From an uncultured Gemmatimonadales bacterium (GTDB lineage Bacteria > Gemmatimonadota > Gemmatimonadetes > Gemmatimonadales > GWC2-71-9), in assembly GCA_963798915.1 (NCBI GenBank), contig CAWCVB010000002.1, forward strand, positions 704,001 to 768,000: a stretch of 64,000 nt of DNA, given 5' to 3'. This document shows positions 31,403 to 41,129 of the stretch, in pieces. Numbering within the stretch: position 1 is the first letter of the stretch; the number at the start of each line of letters is the position of its first letter. Under the pieces are notes generated by a model, which was not told the origin of the DNA, did not search any database, and saw only the letters and a program-made list of their open reading frames with translations. The translations under genes were made by a program, and so were the position numbers.

Positions 31403-34174
31403 ATGTTCCGCAAGTTCCCCATTGCGTCCGGACTCGCCCTGGCGCTCCTCGTCGCGCCCGTTTCGCTCGCGGCGCAGGCCGCGTCGGGTTCGCTGCCCGA
31501 CCTCTCCGCGGGCGCCTCGGTCGAGGGCATCCACGAGTACACCCTCCCCAACGGCCTGCGGGTGCTGCTGTTCCCTGACCAGTCCAAGCCTACCGTCACC
31601 GTCAACGTCACCTACCTCGTCGGGTCGCGGCATGAGGGGTATGGCGAGACGGGCATGGCGCATCTGCTGGAGCACATGGTCTTCAAGGGAACGCCATCGC
31701 ATCCCGACATTCCGGCCGAGCTGAGCCAGCACGGCTCCAATGCCAACGGGACCACCTGGTACGACCGCACCAACTATTTCGAGACCGTCTCGTCCACCCC
31801 TGAGAACCTGGCGTGGGCGCTCGACATGGAATCGGACCGGATGGTCAACAGCTACATCGCGAAGAAGGACCTCGAGAGCGAATTCACGGTGGTGCGCAAT
31901 GAATTCGAGTCGGGCGAGAATTCGCCGTTCAACGTGCTGGAGGAGCGGTTGCTCTCCACCGCGTTCCTCTGGCAGAACTACGGCCACAGCACCATCGGAG
32001 CGCGAAGCGACATCGAACAGGTGCCCATCGAACGGCTGCAGCAGTTCTATCACAAGTACTACCAGCCCGACAACGCGATGCTGGTGGTCGCGGGCAAGTT
32101 CGACGAGGCCACGACCACGCAGCTGATCCGCCAGAAATTCGGCACCATCCCGCGTCCGGACCGCACGGGTGTGCTCAAGATCTGGCCGACCTATACCGAA
32201 GAGCCGGCGCAGGACGGCGAGCGCAGTGTAACGCTCCGCCGAGTGGGCGATGTGCAGGTGGCCATGGCCGCGTATCACGTGCCGGCCGGTTCCGATTCCG
32301 CCTTTGCCGCGGTGGAAGTCCTCCAGCACGTGCTGGGAGATGCCCCGTCCGGTCGTCTCTACACCGCCCTGGTTCGCACCTCGAAAGCCGCGGACGTCGG
32401 CGCCAACGCCTTCCAGCTCAAGCAGCCGGGCGTGCTGCTCCTCTTCGCGCAGGTGCGCAAGGAAGACTCGCTGGCACCGGCGGAAAGGGCGCTGCGGGAG
32501 GCCATCGCGGGAGCGGTGACCACCCCGCCCACCGCAGAAGAGGTCGAACGGGCCAAGGCGGCGATCCTCAAGCAGTGGGACCTGGTGTACAACAACTCCG
32601 AGTGGGCCGCGCGCACCTTGTCGGAATGGGCTTCCATGGGTGACTGGCGGCTGATGTTCCTGTATCGGGACCGCGTCAAGCAGGTGACGCCGGATGACGT
32701 GAAGCGAGTGGCCGCGGCATACCTCAAGCCTTCCAACCTGACGTTCGGGCGGTTCATCCCGGAGCAGGCGCCGGCGCGGGCCGAGATTCCGCCCACGCCC
32801 GACGTGGCCGCGATGGTCAAGGATTACAAGGGCGACACCGCCGTGGTCATGGGCGAGGCCTTCGATCCGTCGCCCGCCAATATTGAACAGCGCACCACGA
32901 GGAGCACGCTTCCGGGCGGCGCCGAACTCGCGCTGCTGCCGAAACAGACCCGAGCGCAGACGGTGAACGTGGCCCTGACCCTCCGCTACGGTACCCTGGG
33001 GGCGCTGCGGGGCAAGGCGACGGTGGCCAGCTTGGCCGGTGGCATGCTGATGCGCGGCACCAGGACCAAGACGCGGCAGCAGATCAAGGATGAATTCGAC
33101 CGACTCAAGGCGCAGGTGAATGTGTTCGGCGGCGCGACCAGCGCTGGCGTGCGGATCCAGACCCAGCGGCCCAACCTGCCAGCAGTCCTTCGCCTCGTGG
33201 GCGAGGTGTTGCGAGAGCCCGGATTCGACGCACAGGAATTCAAGGAACTGAAGCAGGAACGGCTCGCCAGCATCGAAGAGCAGCGCTCGGAGCCGACCAC
33301 TCAGGGCTTCACTTCCTTTGGGCGGTTCCTCAACCCATACCCGCCCGATGACCCGCGTGCCACGCTGACGGTCGACGAGCAGGTGGCTGCCATCAACGCC
33401 GCCACCCTGGAGCAGGCGCAGGCCTTCTACAAGGGCTTCTACGGCGCCGACCACGCCCAGGTTGCCGTGGTGGGCGACTTCGACCCGGCGGAAGTCACGT
33501 CGCTGCTGGGATCGTTCCTGGGCAACTGGAAGAGCGCGTCGCCCTTCGAGCGCATTCCGCAGACGTTCCGTCAGAACGATTCCACCACCATTGTGCTCAA
33601 CACGCCGGACAAGGCCAATGCCTTCTTCATTGCCGGCCTCAATCTCAAGCTGCGGGATGACCAGCCCGGCTACGCCGCCCTCACCCTGGGCGACTACATG
33701 CTCGGCGGGGGTTTTCTCCACTCCCGCCTTGCCACGCGCATCCGCCAGAAGGATGGCCTGAGCTATGGCATCGGCTCGTTCATGAATGCCTCGGCGCAGG
33801 ACGAAAGCGGGCAGTGGATCACCTACGCCATTTCCGCCCCGGAGAACTCGACCAAGGTCAATACCGCCTTCCGTGAGGAAATGGCGCGCGCGCTCAAGGA
33901 TGGGTTCAGCCAGGCCGAGTTGGAGGAGGCACGCACCGGCTGGTTGCAGGAGCGGAGTGTCATGCGGGCCCAGGACGCGGCACTGGCGGCCATCCTGGCG
34001 TCGGATCTGTTCCTCGACCGTACGATGGCGTTTGACGCCGCCATGGACGACCAGGTCCGGAAGCTGTCGGTGGCCGACGTCAATGCGGCTGTCCGGAAGT
34101 TCCTCGACCCCAACCGGTTCGCCGTTGTCCGCGCCGGAGACTTCAACAAGCAGGCCCCGCCGGCCCAGCCCTGA
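31403..34174 (+). CDS. M16 (pitrilysin) family zinc protease, secreted
   Basis: Signal peptide, HLLEH inverted zincin, IRQKDGLSY. Confidence 0.95.
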   Translation: MFRKFPIASGLALALLVAPVSLAAQAASGSLPDLSAGASVEGIHEYTLPNGLRVLLFPDQSKPTVTVNVTYLVGSRHEGYGETGMAHLLEHMVFKGTPSHPDIPAELSQHGSNANGTTWYDRTNYFETVSSTPENLAWALDMESDRMVNSYIAKKDLESEFTVVRNEFESGENSPFNVLEERLLSTAFLWQNYGHSTIGARSDIEQVPIERLQQFYHKYYQPDNAMLVVAGKFDEATTTQLIRQKFGTIPRPDRTGVLKIWPTYTEEPAQDGERSVTLRRVGDVQVAMAAYHVPAGSDSAFAAVEVLQHVLGDAPSGRLYTALVRTSKAADVGANAFQLKQPGVLLLFAQVRKEDSLAPAERALREAIAGAVTTPPTAEEVERAKAAILKQWDLVYNNSEWAARTLSEWASMGDWRLMFLYRDRVKQVTPDDVKRVAAAYLKPSNLTFGRFIPEQAPARAEIPPTPDVAAMVKDYKGDTAVVMGEAFDPSPANIEQRTTRSTLPGGAELALLPKQTRAQTVNVALTLRYGTLGALRGKATVASLAGGMLMRGTRTKTRQQIKDEFDRLKAQVNVFGGATSAGVRIQTQRPNLPAVLRLVGEVLREPGFDAQEFKELKQERLASIEEQRSEPTTQGFTSFGRFLNPYPPDDPRATLTVDEQVAAINAATLEQAQAFYKGFYGADHAQVAVVGDFDPAEVTSLLGSFLGNWKSASPFERIPQTFRQNDSTTIVLNTPDKANAFFIAGLNLKLRDDQPGYAALTLGDYMLGGGFLHSRLATRIRQKDGLSYGIGSFMNASAQDESGQWITYAISAPENSTKVNTAFREEMARALKDGFSQAELEEARTGWLQERSVMRAQDAALAAILASDLFLDRTMAFDAAMDDQVRKLSVADVNAAVRKFLDPNRFAVVRAGDFNKQAPPAQP

Positions 34175-34196
34175 ACGCGCGGGGCCCGCGAGACCA

Positions 34197-34245
34197 GATG
34201 CCGGAGGTGGTGCCAGCCGCACCGCCCCCGGCGTCCTTATCTTTG
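34197..34245 (+). terminator. probable intrinsic terminator
   Basis: GATGCCGGAGGTGGTGC / GCACCGCCCCCGGCGTC imperfect hairpin followed by CTTATCTTT. Confidence 0.55.
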
Positions 34246-34315
34246 GTGTGAACATTGCCCGGCCGGAGGTCACCGCCCGACGGGCTGGACCAAATTGTAG
34301 AGAGGATATGCCAGC

Positions 34316-34715
34316 ATGAAGAGTCTGCGATTGCTTCTCCTGGGCTGCCTGGCGCTGACGCTCGCTTCCTGTGGCGACTCGACCGGCAACGGCGGCGGGG
34401 GCTGCGATGGACCAATCACCCTGACCATCGGCGGGGGCAGCTCCCCCGTCTTTGACTGGTCGCCGAGCTGCACCGTGGCCCAGGTGCTGGTACGCAACGT
34501 CGGCGGACGATGCCGCGTTGCAGTGGGGCAGTTTCGGCCGAGACCAATGTTATCCGGCCGCCGGTCACCTACGGTTCGGCCCCGTCCGGCACCACCAGAC
34601 TGCAGGCCCCGGCACTGCTGACGACTGGCCAGTCCTACCTCCTCTGCCTCGCCGTCCATCGATCAAGTGTAGCGGCGAACTGATAGTGCAGGTGCAGCAG
34701 CAGTTCATGCCCTGA
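34316..34715 (+). CDS. small lipoprotein, apparently frameshifted
   Basis: MKSLRLLLLGCLALTLASC lipobox. Coding sense appears to shift frame after about 34500 and plausibly ends VQQQFMP* at 34715. Confidence 0.55.
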
Positions 34716-34727
34716 TCCCATGGCACA

Positions 34728-34750
34728 CCGGCCCGTCGCTGACGGGCCGG
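34728..34750. terminator. hairpin between convergent genes
   Basis: CCGGCCCGTC-gct-GACGGGCCGG perfect 10 bp stem. Confidence 0.65.
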
Positions 34751-34757
34751 CACGGAT

Positions 34758-36323
34758 TCAAAGCCCCAGGGTGACGCGAAGGCCGGCGCTGCGGTAACGA
34801 TACGCGCCGGTCACCGTCCGCTCCAGACTGTTTGACAGCCCGCCAAAGAACTCGACGACATTACCCGTGCCCCACTTCCGGCCCACTGCCGCGTCGGCGT
34901 GCCATTCGGCCTGGGTCTCCGCGCCGCGAAATGCCTGCTGCACACCAAGGCCGCCGGCCAGCCGGGCGGTCCAGCGCACGTCGTCATAGGTCCAGCCGCC
35001 GCGCACCTCCCCGGTACGGAACCGGTCCGGTGAGAAGTATCCGGCGCCCTTGAAATCGTAACCCATCTGGCGGCCATAGACACCGGCAAAAAAGTGCTGC
35101 GGCAACTGCTGCATCACGGCGGCGAGGAGATGATAGCGCGTGTTGTCGTCGCTGAACCAGGCGCCGCCACCGCCCACGGTCACGGTCGTTGATCGGGCGA
35201 CGCCTGCTTCGATGGTGGCTTCCGCCTCATCCACGTCGAGACCGCTCCCGATCAGTTCCGCCGTCTCGTCGAAGGGGTGGTGCGAGTATCCGGCGCCGAC
35301 CGAGACCCGCCGTGCCGGCCTCAGCGTCACCGAGCCGCGAAAGGACGGCTCGGTACGAACGGCGCCTGCGTCGGGCGCGAGCCGGCGCGCACCCGCGGCC
35401 ACCGTGGCGTCCACCTTCCCAAGCGCGACGTGGACGCCTCCTTCGACCGACTGACGCTGGGCATGCCGAAGCGGATCCCGGCTTTGCTGGAGCCCTCCAC
35501 CGGCGAACACCGCGAGCCGGTCGGCAAGCGGGGCCGTGACCATGCCGCGCTGCCACCAGCTCGTGTTGTGGTCGGAGTCGTTGTTCCAGCCAGCCGCCAG
35601 CTCAACAAACGACCGGCGGGCCAGCCGGATGGCATGATCCAGCATTCGGGCATCGTGGTTGGTCGAATCGCGGGCCAGTACTTCGGCAACCTCGCGACTC
35701 GCAAGCGCCGAGCGTCCTTGCCAGAAATGCACCTGTGCAAGACCGACGCGCGCCGACTGGTTGGCGCTGTCGGCGGCAAGCCCCTGGGCAAACAGCTGGG
35801 CGGCACGGTCCAGATCGCCGCGCCACGCTGTGGCCTCAGCCCGCCCGGCAAGCGCCTCCGGGTTGTCCGGATCCCGGGCCAGGATGGCGGCATACGCCTG
35901 ATCGGCCGCGTCAAAGCGGCCATCCCATGCGAGCACCCGGGCGCGCGCCAGCTGCGCGTCGAGCCGTTCCGGGTTGGCCGCAATGATCGAATCATATCGA
36001 AGGAGTGCAGTGGGCAGTTTCGCCTGCCACGCCAACACCTGCGCCTGCAGGAGTCTGACATCGGGGTCTGCGGGCTCAAGCTCTCGCGCATGCCCGGCCA
36101 GCGTCAGGGCGGAGTCGAGGTCACCACGCCAGGAGGCCAGGACGGCGAGCCGGTAGAGCGAATGCACGCTCGCCGGGTTGGCCGCGAGTTCACGCTCATA
36201 TGCCACTCTGGCGTCGTCAAACCGGCCTGCCGCCCAGAACCGGTCGCCCTCAGCGGACTGCGCTGCAAGGACCGAGGCAGTGCACACCAGCGTGGTTGCC
36301 AGCGCCAGCGTCCGTCGGATCAT
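34758..36323 (-). CDS. TPR-repeat protein with C-terminal outer-membrane beta-barrel (YaiO/PgaA-like)
   Basis: Signal peptide, about 6 TPRs with LAWxG motifs, then amphipathic strands including GYFSP; ATGA-coupled to the upstream gene. Confidence 0.75.
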   Translation of the reverse strand: MIRRTLALATTLVCTASVLAAQSAEGDRFWAAGRFDDARVAYERELAANPASVHSLYRLAVLASWRGDLDSALTLAGHARELEPADPDVRLLQAQVLAWQAKLPTALLRYDSIIAANPERLDAQLARARVLAWDGRFDAADQAYAAILARDPDNPEALAGRAEATAWRGDLDRAAQLFAQGLAADSANQSARVGLAQVHFWQGRSALASREVAEVLARDSTNHDARMLDHAIRLARRSFVELAAGWNNDSDHNTSWWQRGMVTAPLADRLAVFAGGGLQQSRDPLRHAQRQSVEGGVHVALGKVDATVAAGARRLAPDAGAVRTEPSFRGSVTLRPARRVSVGAGYSHHPFDETAELIGSGLDVDEAEATIEAGVARSTTVTVGGGGAWFSDDNTRYHLLAAVMQQLPQHFFAGVYGRQMGYDFKGAGYFSPDRFRTGEVRGGWTYDDVRWTARLAGGLGVQQAFRGAETQAEWHADAAVGRKWGTGNVVEFFGGLSNSLERTVTGAYRYRSAGLRVTLGL

Positions 36324-38938
36324 CGAATGGCTCCCCATGTGGCGGTGAGCGAATCATACGCCGGCTTGGGCCGGGCAAACCATGCCGGCTCGCTCCAGCC
36401 AGACCAGCGCCATCCGGGCGACGGGCCAAGCTGCTCGTGCGTCCCGGTTCGCTGGTCGTAGGCCGTGACGAGGAAATGAAACTCGCCCGCCGTCACGGTG
36501 CCGAAGCCGCCGGTGGCGTTGCGCTCGTAGAGCAGGGTCCGGGATGAGGGGTCACTCACATTGAGCAGGTCCCACGGGATCCGGATCTGCAGCAGGCTGG
36601 CCGCGCGATCAAGATACCAGTCGGCCAGCGTACTCGTCGCTGCGCGGCCGAACTTCAGGCGGCCGCGGTTGACCCCCTGCGCCGGATAGAAGGTGCCGTC
36701 CCGGCCGAAGCGGGCTCGATTGGTGACAACGAACATGCTGTCGAACCGGCCATCCTCCCGATTGACCACACTGATGGGGCGATGATAGAAGCGTCCGAGA
36801 TCATCGCCCGACCGCGGGTCCGCGATGGATGAATACCGGTTGTATTCCGGCAGCACCCTGATCTCGCCGCTGTCGGGTGAGGGAAGACTCACCAGGAATT
36901 CGTATCCCAGCGCCGATCGAACCTGGCTATGCGGCAGGCGATGCTGGCCCACGCTGTCGCGCCAGGTGTCGATGGCGATCTGGAAGGCGGTCGACGGTCT
37001 ACGGTCGACGGTCGGCCGTTGACTGTAGACTGTTGACCGTTGGCCGTTGACCTCCACTGCCAGATACACATAGGCCCCATCCGCCCCCACGTGCAGCGCC
37101 GTGAGCTGGCCGCCGCCCCGGGCGACCACCGGCAGTCGGCGCCAGCGCGCGGGATCACCGCCCGGTTCGGGCCGGTTCGCCGAATCGCCGGCGTACATGC
37201 CGATCAGGCCGTAGTTCTGCTCCGCATCCATCACGTTGTGCCAGCGACGGTTGTTCTCGGCGGGCAGCTCAAAATCAGTCACGACCCAGTTCTTCTTGAA
37301 CCACTCGTCGATCCAGGCAAACACCAGTCCGCCGGCCGCGCCGGCGGCGTGCAGGTCACGGGTGAGGCGGGCATCAATGCGTGCCATCGCCTGCTCATCA
37401 TGGCCACCATGGTCCCAGCCCTGCGGCTGGAGGTGGGCATCTCCCCGGCTGGACGGCACCCCGTATTCCGCAATCAGGACCGGGATGTTCGCGTGATGTC
37501 GTATCAGCGCCGCCAGGTAGCCGAAATAATTGGAGCGTCCCTCGGGGGAGCGTGCCTCATTGTACTCCCGATCATACAGCATGAAATCGGGATAGTAGGG
37601 ATAGGCATGGTAGCTCGCGAACCAGCCGGCTGGATTGGCAGCGGTGGCATGCACCAGTGCCGCATCAAGTCCGATGGCGTCATTGTCGTACTCGAGCCGA
37701 TTGCCCTCCGCCTGCCGACCCGCACGCCGACGCCAGTCACGCTCTTCCTCGCCGCTCGATTCGGTCGGATGGCTCAGCGGGTCGAGGGTTGGCCAATTGG
37801 TGTAGGCGATGGGTCTCAGGGCGTGCCAGCGGTCGAACTCATACGCCAGCATCGAGTCACATTGCCGCGCCATCCACCGATCCATGGCCGGTGCCGAGGC
37901 GGCCGCGAGAAAGCGGCCCCGATAGGGCGCCAGTCCCGGATGCCGCGTATCGAATGCCAGCACCGCATAGGGCTCCCATTCCCGGCCGATGATGTACGCC
38001 AGTGTCCACGGCGCCACGTCGGCATCATACCGCCCATGGGCGTGGCCGGGTCGCACCGCCAACTGGGCATGTCCATGAATCAGGTCCACCACCCGATGCA
38101 TCTCGGACCGGAACTCGTTTTCGAATCGCGGAGCATCGAATGCGTCGTCCGGTGGCAGTTCAGTCCACACCCCGTGCACCAGCCACAGGAGGCTGTCAGG
38201 GTGCTGCAGATTCCAGCCCCGGAGTGCGCGGTAGAACTCAGGCGGGAGGATGGTGTAGAGTCGCACCGTATTGGCGTTGGCACGCGCCAGCATGGCGAAC
38301 CAACCGGCGTACAGCCCCGAATCGGCAGGGAACTCGGAGGGATACTTGCCGGGCAGGGCAACGCCCATGTTGACTCCCTTGACCCAGATCGGCATCCAGT
38401 GTCCCTGACGAAGCACCTCGAACCTGGTGCCAAGAACCCGCGCCGTTTGTCGCAGCACTGATGGCCGGCGGGATTCCCGGAGTGCCGGCCGGCGCCAGCC
38501 GGGAGTCAGCCGCTCCAGCACTGCGCCGGCGGTCGGCTCGTCCGGCATGAGCTGCAGGGCCCTGTGTGCTGCCGTCACGGCCGCGGTGGAGTCGCCCCGG
38601 CGCTCGCCGGTCAGGGCAAGGCCAATCCAGGCGTCTCCGTTGGCGGGGTCGGCGGTGACCACAGCGGAAAAAAGCGATTCAGCATGCTCCAGCTGGCCGC
38701 CCCTGAGGGCGATGTAGCCGCTGCCGGTCAATGCGTCCAGGTTGGTGCTGCAGAGAGAAAGTGCATGGCGGAACTGCTGTTTGGCAGCATCCAGCGAGTC
38801 AGCGCGGAGCCGGGCCCAGCCGGCGGTGGATGCCAGGCCGGACGACGCCGGGCAGGGACGTTGTGCCAGGGCCGGCCGGCTGGCAACGAGCAGGAGGCCC
38901 AAGGCTCTCCATGCCAATCGCCGGCCGTGTATGTTCAT
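36320..38938 (-). CDS. secreted TPR + glycoside hydrolase-like TIM-barrel protein
   Basis: Signal peptide, TPRs, KGVNMG, ANTVRLYT, GREWEP, SYHAYPYYPDF, LIAEYGVPSSRG, FAWIDEWFK. Start uncertain (38917-38944). Confidence 0.8.
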   Translation of the reverse strand: MNIHGRRLAWRALGLLLVASRPALAQRPCPASSGLASTAGWARLRADSLDAAKQQFRHALSLCSTNLDALTGSGYIALRGGQLEHAESLFSAVVTADPANGDAWIGLALTGERRGDSTAAVTAAHRALQLMPDEPTAGAVLERLTPGWRRPALRESRRPSVLRQTARVLGTRFEVLRQGHWMPIWVKGVNMGVALPGKYPSEFPADSGLYAGWFAMLARANANTVRLYTILPPEFYRALRGWNLQHPDSLLWLVHGVWTELPPDDAFDAPRFENEFRSEMHRVVDLIHGHAQLAVRPGHAHGRYDADVAPWTLAYIIGREWEPYAVLAFDTRHPGLAPYRGRFLAAASAPAMDRWMARQCDSMLAYEFDRWHALRPIAYTNWPTLDPLSHPTESSGEEERDWRRRAGRQAEGNRLEYDNDAIGLDAALVHATAANPAGWFASYHAYPYYPDFMLYDREYNEARSPEGRSNYFGYLAALIRHHANIPVLIAEYGVPSSRGDAHLQPQGWDHGGHDEQAMARIDARLTRDLHAAGAAGGLVFAWIDEWFKKNWVVTDFELPAENNRRWHNVMDAEQNYGLIGMYAGDSANRPEPGGDPARWRRLPVVARGGGQLTALHVGADGAYVYLAVEVNGQRSTVYSQRPTVDRRPSTAFQIAIDTWRDSVGQHRLPHSQVRSALGYEFLVSLPSPDSGEIRVLPEYNRYSSIADPRSGDDLGRFYHRPISVVNREDGRFDSMFVVTNRARFGRDGTFYPAQGVNRGRLKFGRAATSTLADWYLDRAASLLQIRIPWDLLNVSDPSSRTLLYERNATGGFGTVTAGEFHFLVTAYDQRTGTHEQLGPSPGWRWSGWSEPAWFARPKPAYDSLTATWGAIR
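36988..37050. repeat. 9 x 7 bp degenerate array inside a CDS
   Basis: cggtcga cggtcta cggtcga cggtcgg ccgttga ctgtaga ctgttga ccgttgg ccgttga; encodes VNGQRSTVYSQRPTVDRRPST. Confidence 0.85.
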
Positions 38939-38942
38939 GCGC

Positions 38943-39341
38943 ATGGACGAGCCAATGTCTGAAGTGCGTACGCCCGACACCCGGGCGCTGGGGCGGACGC
39001 TGGTGGACACGTTCGGCAAGGGGTGGGCCAAAGGTAATGTGGAGCTCCTGCTCAGTGTCTTTACGGCTGATGCCGTCTTTGCCGACACGCCCCACGCGGA
39101 GCCGCTGCGCGGCATCGACGCGATTCGCGAATACTGGGTCGAGACTCCCTACCATCAGTCCGAAATCACCTTCACCTCGGGCGAGATCTTCTCGGTCGGC
39201 CCGTGGTTCTCGGCCGAGTACAAGTGCGTCTTTCGCCGCCGGCGCACCGGTCAGTGGATGGACATTCGAGGAGCCATGTTCTGCGAAACGGCGGACCAGC
39301 GCATCAGTGAAATGCGACTGTACTGGCACCGGGTACCGTGA
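38943..39341 (+). CDS. NTF2/SnoaL-like protein
   Basis: VFTADAVFADTP...GIDAIREYW...ISEMRLYW; start at 38943 or 38955. Confidence 0.85.
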   Translation: MDEPMSEVRTPDTRALGRTLVDTFGKGWAKGNVELLLSVFTADAVFADTPHAEPLRGIDAIREYWVETPYHQSEITFTSGEIFSVGPWFSAEYKCVFRRRRTGQWMDIRGAMFCETADQRISEMRLYWHRVP

Positions 39342-39342
39342 A

Positions 39343-39407
39343 GACGGTCGCTACGGCGCTACGGTCGACGGTCAACAGTCGACTGTAGACCCGTAGACTG
39401 TCGACCG
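39343..39407. repeat. heptamer-type array with inverted halves
   Basis: acggtcg acggtca acagtcg actgtag acccgtag actgtcg accg, right after a stop codon. Confidence 0.7.
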
Positions 39408-39480
39408 AGCGTCCCCGCTGGCGGACGTCCCGGAACCAAATCTGAGCGTCAAGTGTTTATGCCATAACGACTTGGTCCTA

Positions 39481-39496
39481 TGGCACGAGGCTCGCA
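39481..39496 (+). promoter_or_regulatory. sigma54 (-24/-12) promoter
   Basis: TGGCACG-AGGC-TCGCA versus consensus TGGCACG-N4-TTGCW; IHF-like GTCAAGTGTTTA about 30 bp upstream; GGAGG RBS downstream. Confidence 0.65.
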
Positions 39497-39547
39497 GTTC
39501 CAGTTTGAGCGCCTGTTTTCCTGGTTGTCCAGCTTTCCGGAGGCGAT

Positions 39548-41062
39548 ATGTTCGCCACAATCCTCCTCTCTCTTCTGGTTCCTGCACCGCTACCCGCCCT
39601 GGCGGTCGCATCGCAGGATCCGGCCATCCGGATCGAACTCAACAACGATCGCCAGTTCGTGCGCGGTGAGCACGGCAAGGTCAAGATCCGCACCGACGAT
39701 GACGGCTTCCTGGTGGTGCTCCACGCCGACCCGGACGGCCGTGTCCGCGTGCTCTTTCCGCTGGACCCGGGTGACGACAATTACGTCCGCGGGCATCACA
39801 CCTATGAGCTGCGCGACCGGGGTGACCGTGAGACCTTCACGGTCGAGGCTGGCTCGGGGCAGGGAGCCATCTACGCCGCCGTCTCCCGTGATCCATTCCG
39901 TTTCGATGGCTTTACCCTCAACCGGCACTGGGATTATGACGCGCTGAACACCGAAGACCCGGGCAGCGACCCGGAGCCGGTGCTTGGGGACCTGGTGCAG
40001 CGGATGGCCAGCGGCCGGTACGACTACGACTACGTCACCTACGACGTCTATGAGAGCGCCTATTCGAGCGTGAGCTACGGATCGCCTGCCGTGGTGTACA
40101 CGCCGTCGTCGTACTACTACAGCTCCTACTACTGCGATCCATTCTACAATTACTATTGCGATCCCTATTACTACTCGCCGTCGCGCTTCAATGTGGCGAT
40201 CAGTGTCGGTTCGCCGTACTACTATCGGCCGTATTACTATGACCCGTTCTACTACGGGTATTATTCGCCGTACTACTATCGTCCGGCGCGTTACTACGGC
40301 TATCCCTCGTATCCCTACTACAACAGCCCGGGCGGCGTCGGCTATCGTCCGCGTTATTCCACGCCGTCGGAGTTCAAGCAGACCGACCGTCTCTGGAATG
40401 GCGCGCCCTATCGCGATCGGTTGAGCGCCTCACCGGTCCGGTCGGTGAATACGGTCTACGATCCTGCGCCAGTGCGCCGCGGAACGACCCAGGGCGACAT
40501 GGGCCGGTCGCCGGTGCAGAGCTCGCCGCCCGCCGCCTCGGCATCGCCACGCCGTCGTGTGGAGGCGTCGCCGTCCAGGAGCGGATCGGCCGCACCAGCG
40601 GAGCGGCAGGCCCCCGAGCGGCGGCAGGCGGCACCCGCCAGGACCGAGCCGCGCAGCGAACCGCGTCAAAGTTCGCCGCCATCGCGGGAAGCCACTCCAA
40701 GCCGTCGCCGTCGCGAGGGCACGCCCCAGGGTGCGCCGGAGCTGCAGCGCCGGACCGAGCCTTCGAGCTCGCCACGCGCCCAGCGGGCCGAACCGGAGCG
40801 TCGCGGGACCCGGGTGAGCCGTCCGGAAGCGAGCACCAGCCGCCCGAGCACCAGCCGCCCGACCCCAATCCGGTCAGAGCCAGTCCGCCGGTCGGTTGAG
40901 CGGCCCGCCCCGCAGGTGCGGCAGGCTCCGAGATCAGAGCCGGCAGCCCGATCGGCTCCGCCACCCCGGAGCGCGGGGCCATCACGGGCGAGCGCGCCGG
41001 CCCCCTCTCGAGGGTCGAGCGGTGGCGGTGGTGGGGGCGGGGGGCGACGGGGACCGCGGTAA
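39548..41062 (+). CDS. DUF4384-domain secreted protein with Tyr-rich block and Pro/Arg/Ser-rich tail
   Basis: Signal peptide, DPDGRVRVLFP, then YYCDPFYNYYCDPYYY..., low-complexity tail ending GGGGGGGRRGPR. Confidence 0.8.
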   Translation: MFATILLSLLVPAPLPALAVASQDPAIRIELNNDRQFVRGEHGKVKIRTDDDGFLVVLHADPDGRVRVLFPLDPGDDNYVRGHHTYELRDRGDRETFTVEAGSGQGAIYAAVSRDPFRFDGFTLNRHWDYDALNTEDPGSDPEPVLGDLVQRMASGRYDYDYVTYDVYESAYSSVSYGSPAVVYTPSSYYYSSYYCDPFYNYYCDPYYYSPSRFNVAISVGSPYYYRPYYYDPFYYGYYSPYYYRPARYYGYPSYPYYNSPGGVGYRPRYSTPSEFKQTDRLWNGAPYRDRLSASPVRSVNTVYDPAPVRRGTTQGDMGRSPVQSSPPAASASPRRRVEASPSRSGSAAPAERQAPERRQAAPARTEPRSEPRQSSPPSREATPSRRRREGTPQGAPELQRRTEPSSSPRAQRAEPERRGTRVSRPEASTSRPSTSRPTPIRSEPVRRSVERPAPQVRQAPRSEPAARSAPPPRSAGPSRASAPAPSRGSSGGGGGGGGRRGPR

Positions 41063-41087
41063 CACGACGGGCATCTGGGCGCGGCAT

Positions 41088-41117
41088 GCGTAAGGGCGGG
41101 TCGCCCTTACGCTTTTT
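41088..41117 (+). terminator. intrinsic terminator
   Basis: GCGTAAGGGCG-ggt-CGCCCTTACGC-TTTTT. Confidence 0.85.
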
Positions 41118-41129
41118 CGCGCTTTCGTG

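Noticed and set aside
30983..34273. 1096-aa antisense ORF, and similar long ones at 15955-17988, 23114-24649 and 41838-43286
   Set aside because: Shadow frames of high-GC genes on the opposite strand; no motifs.
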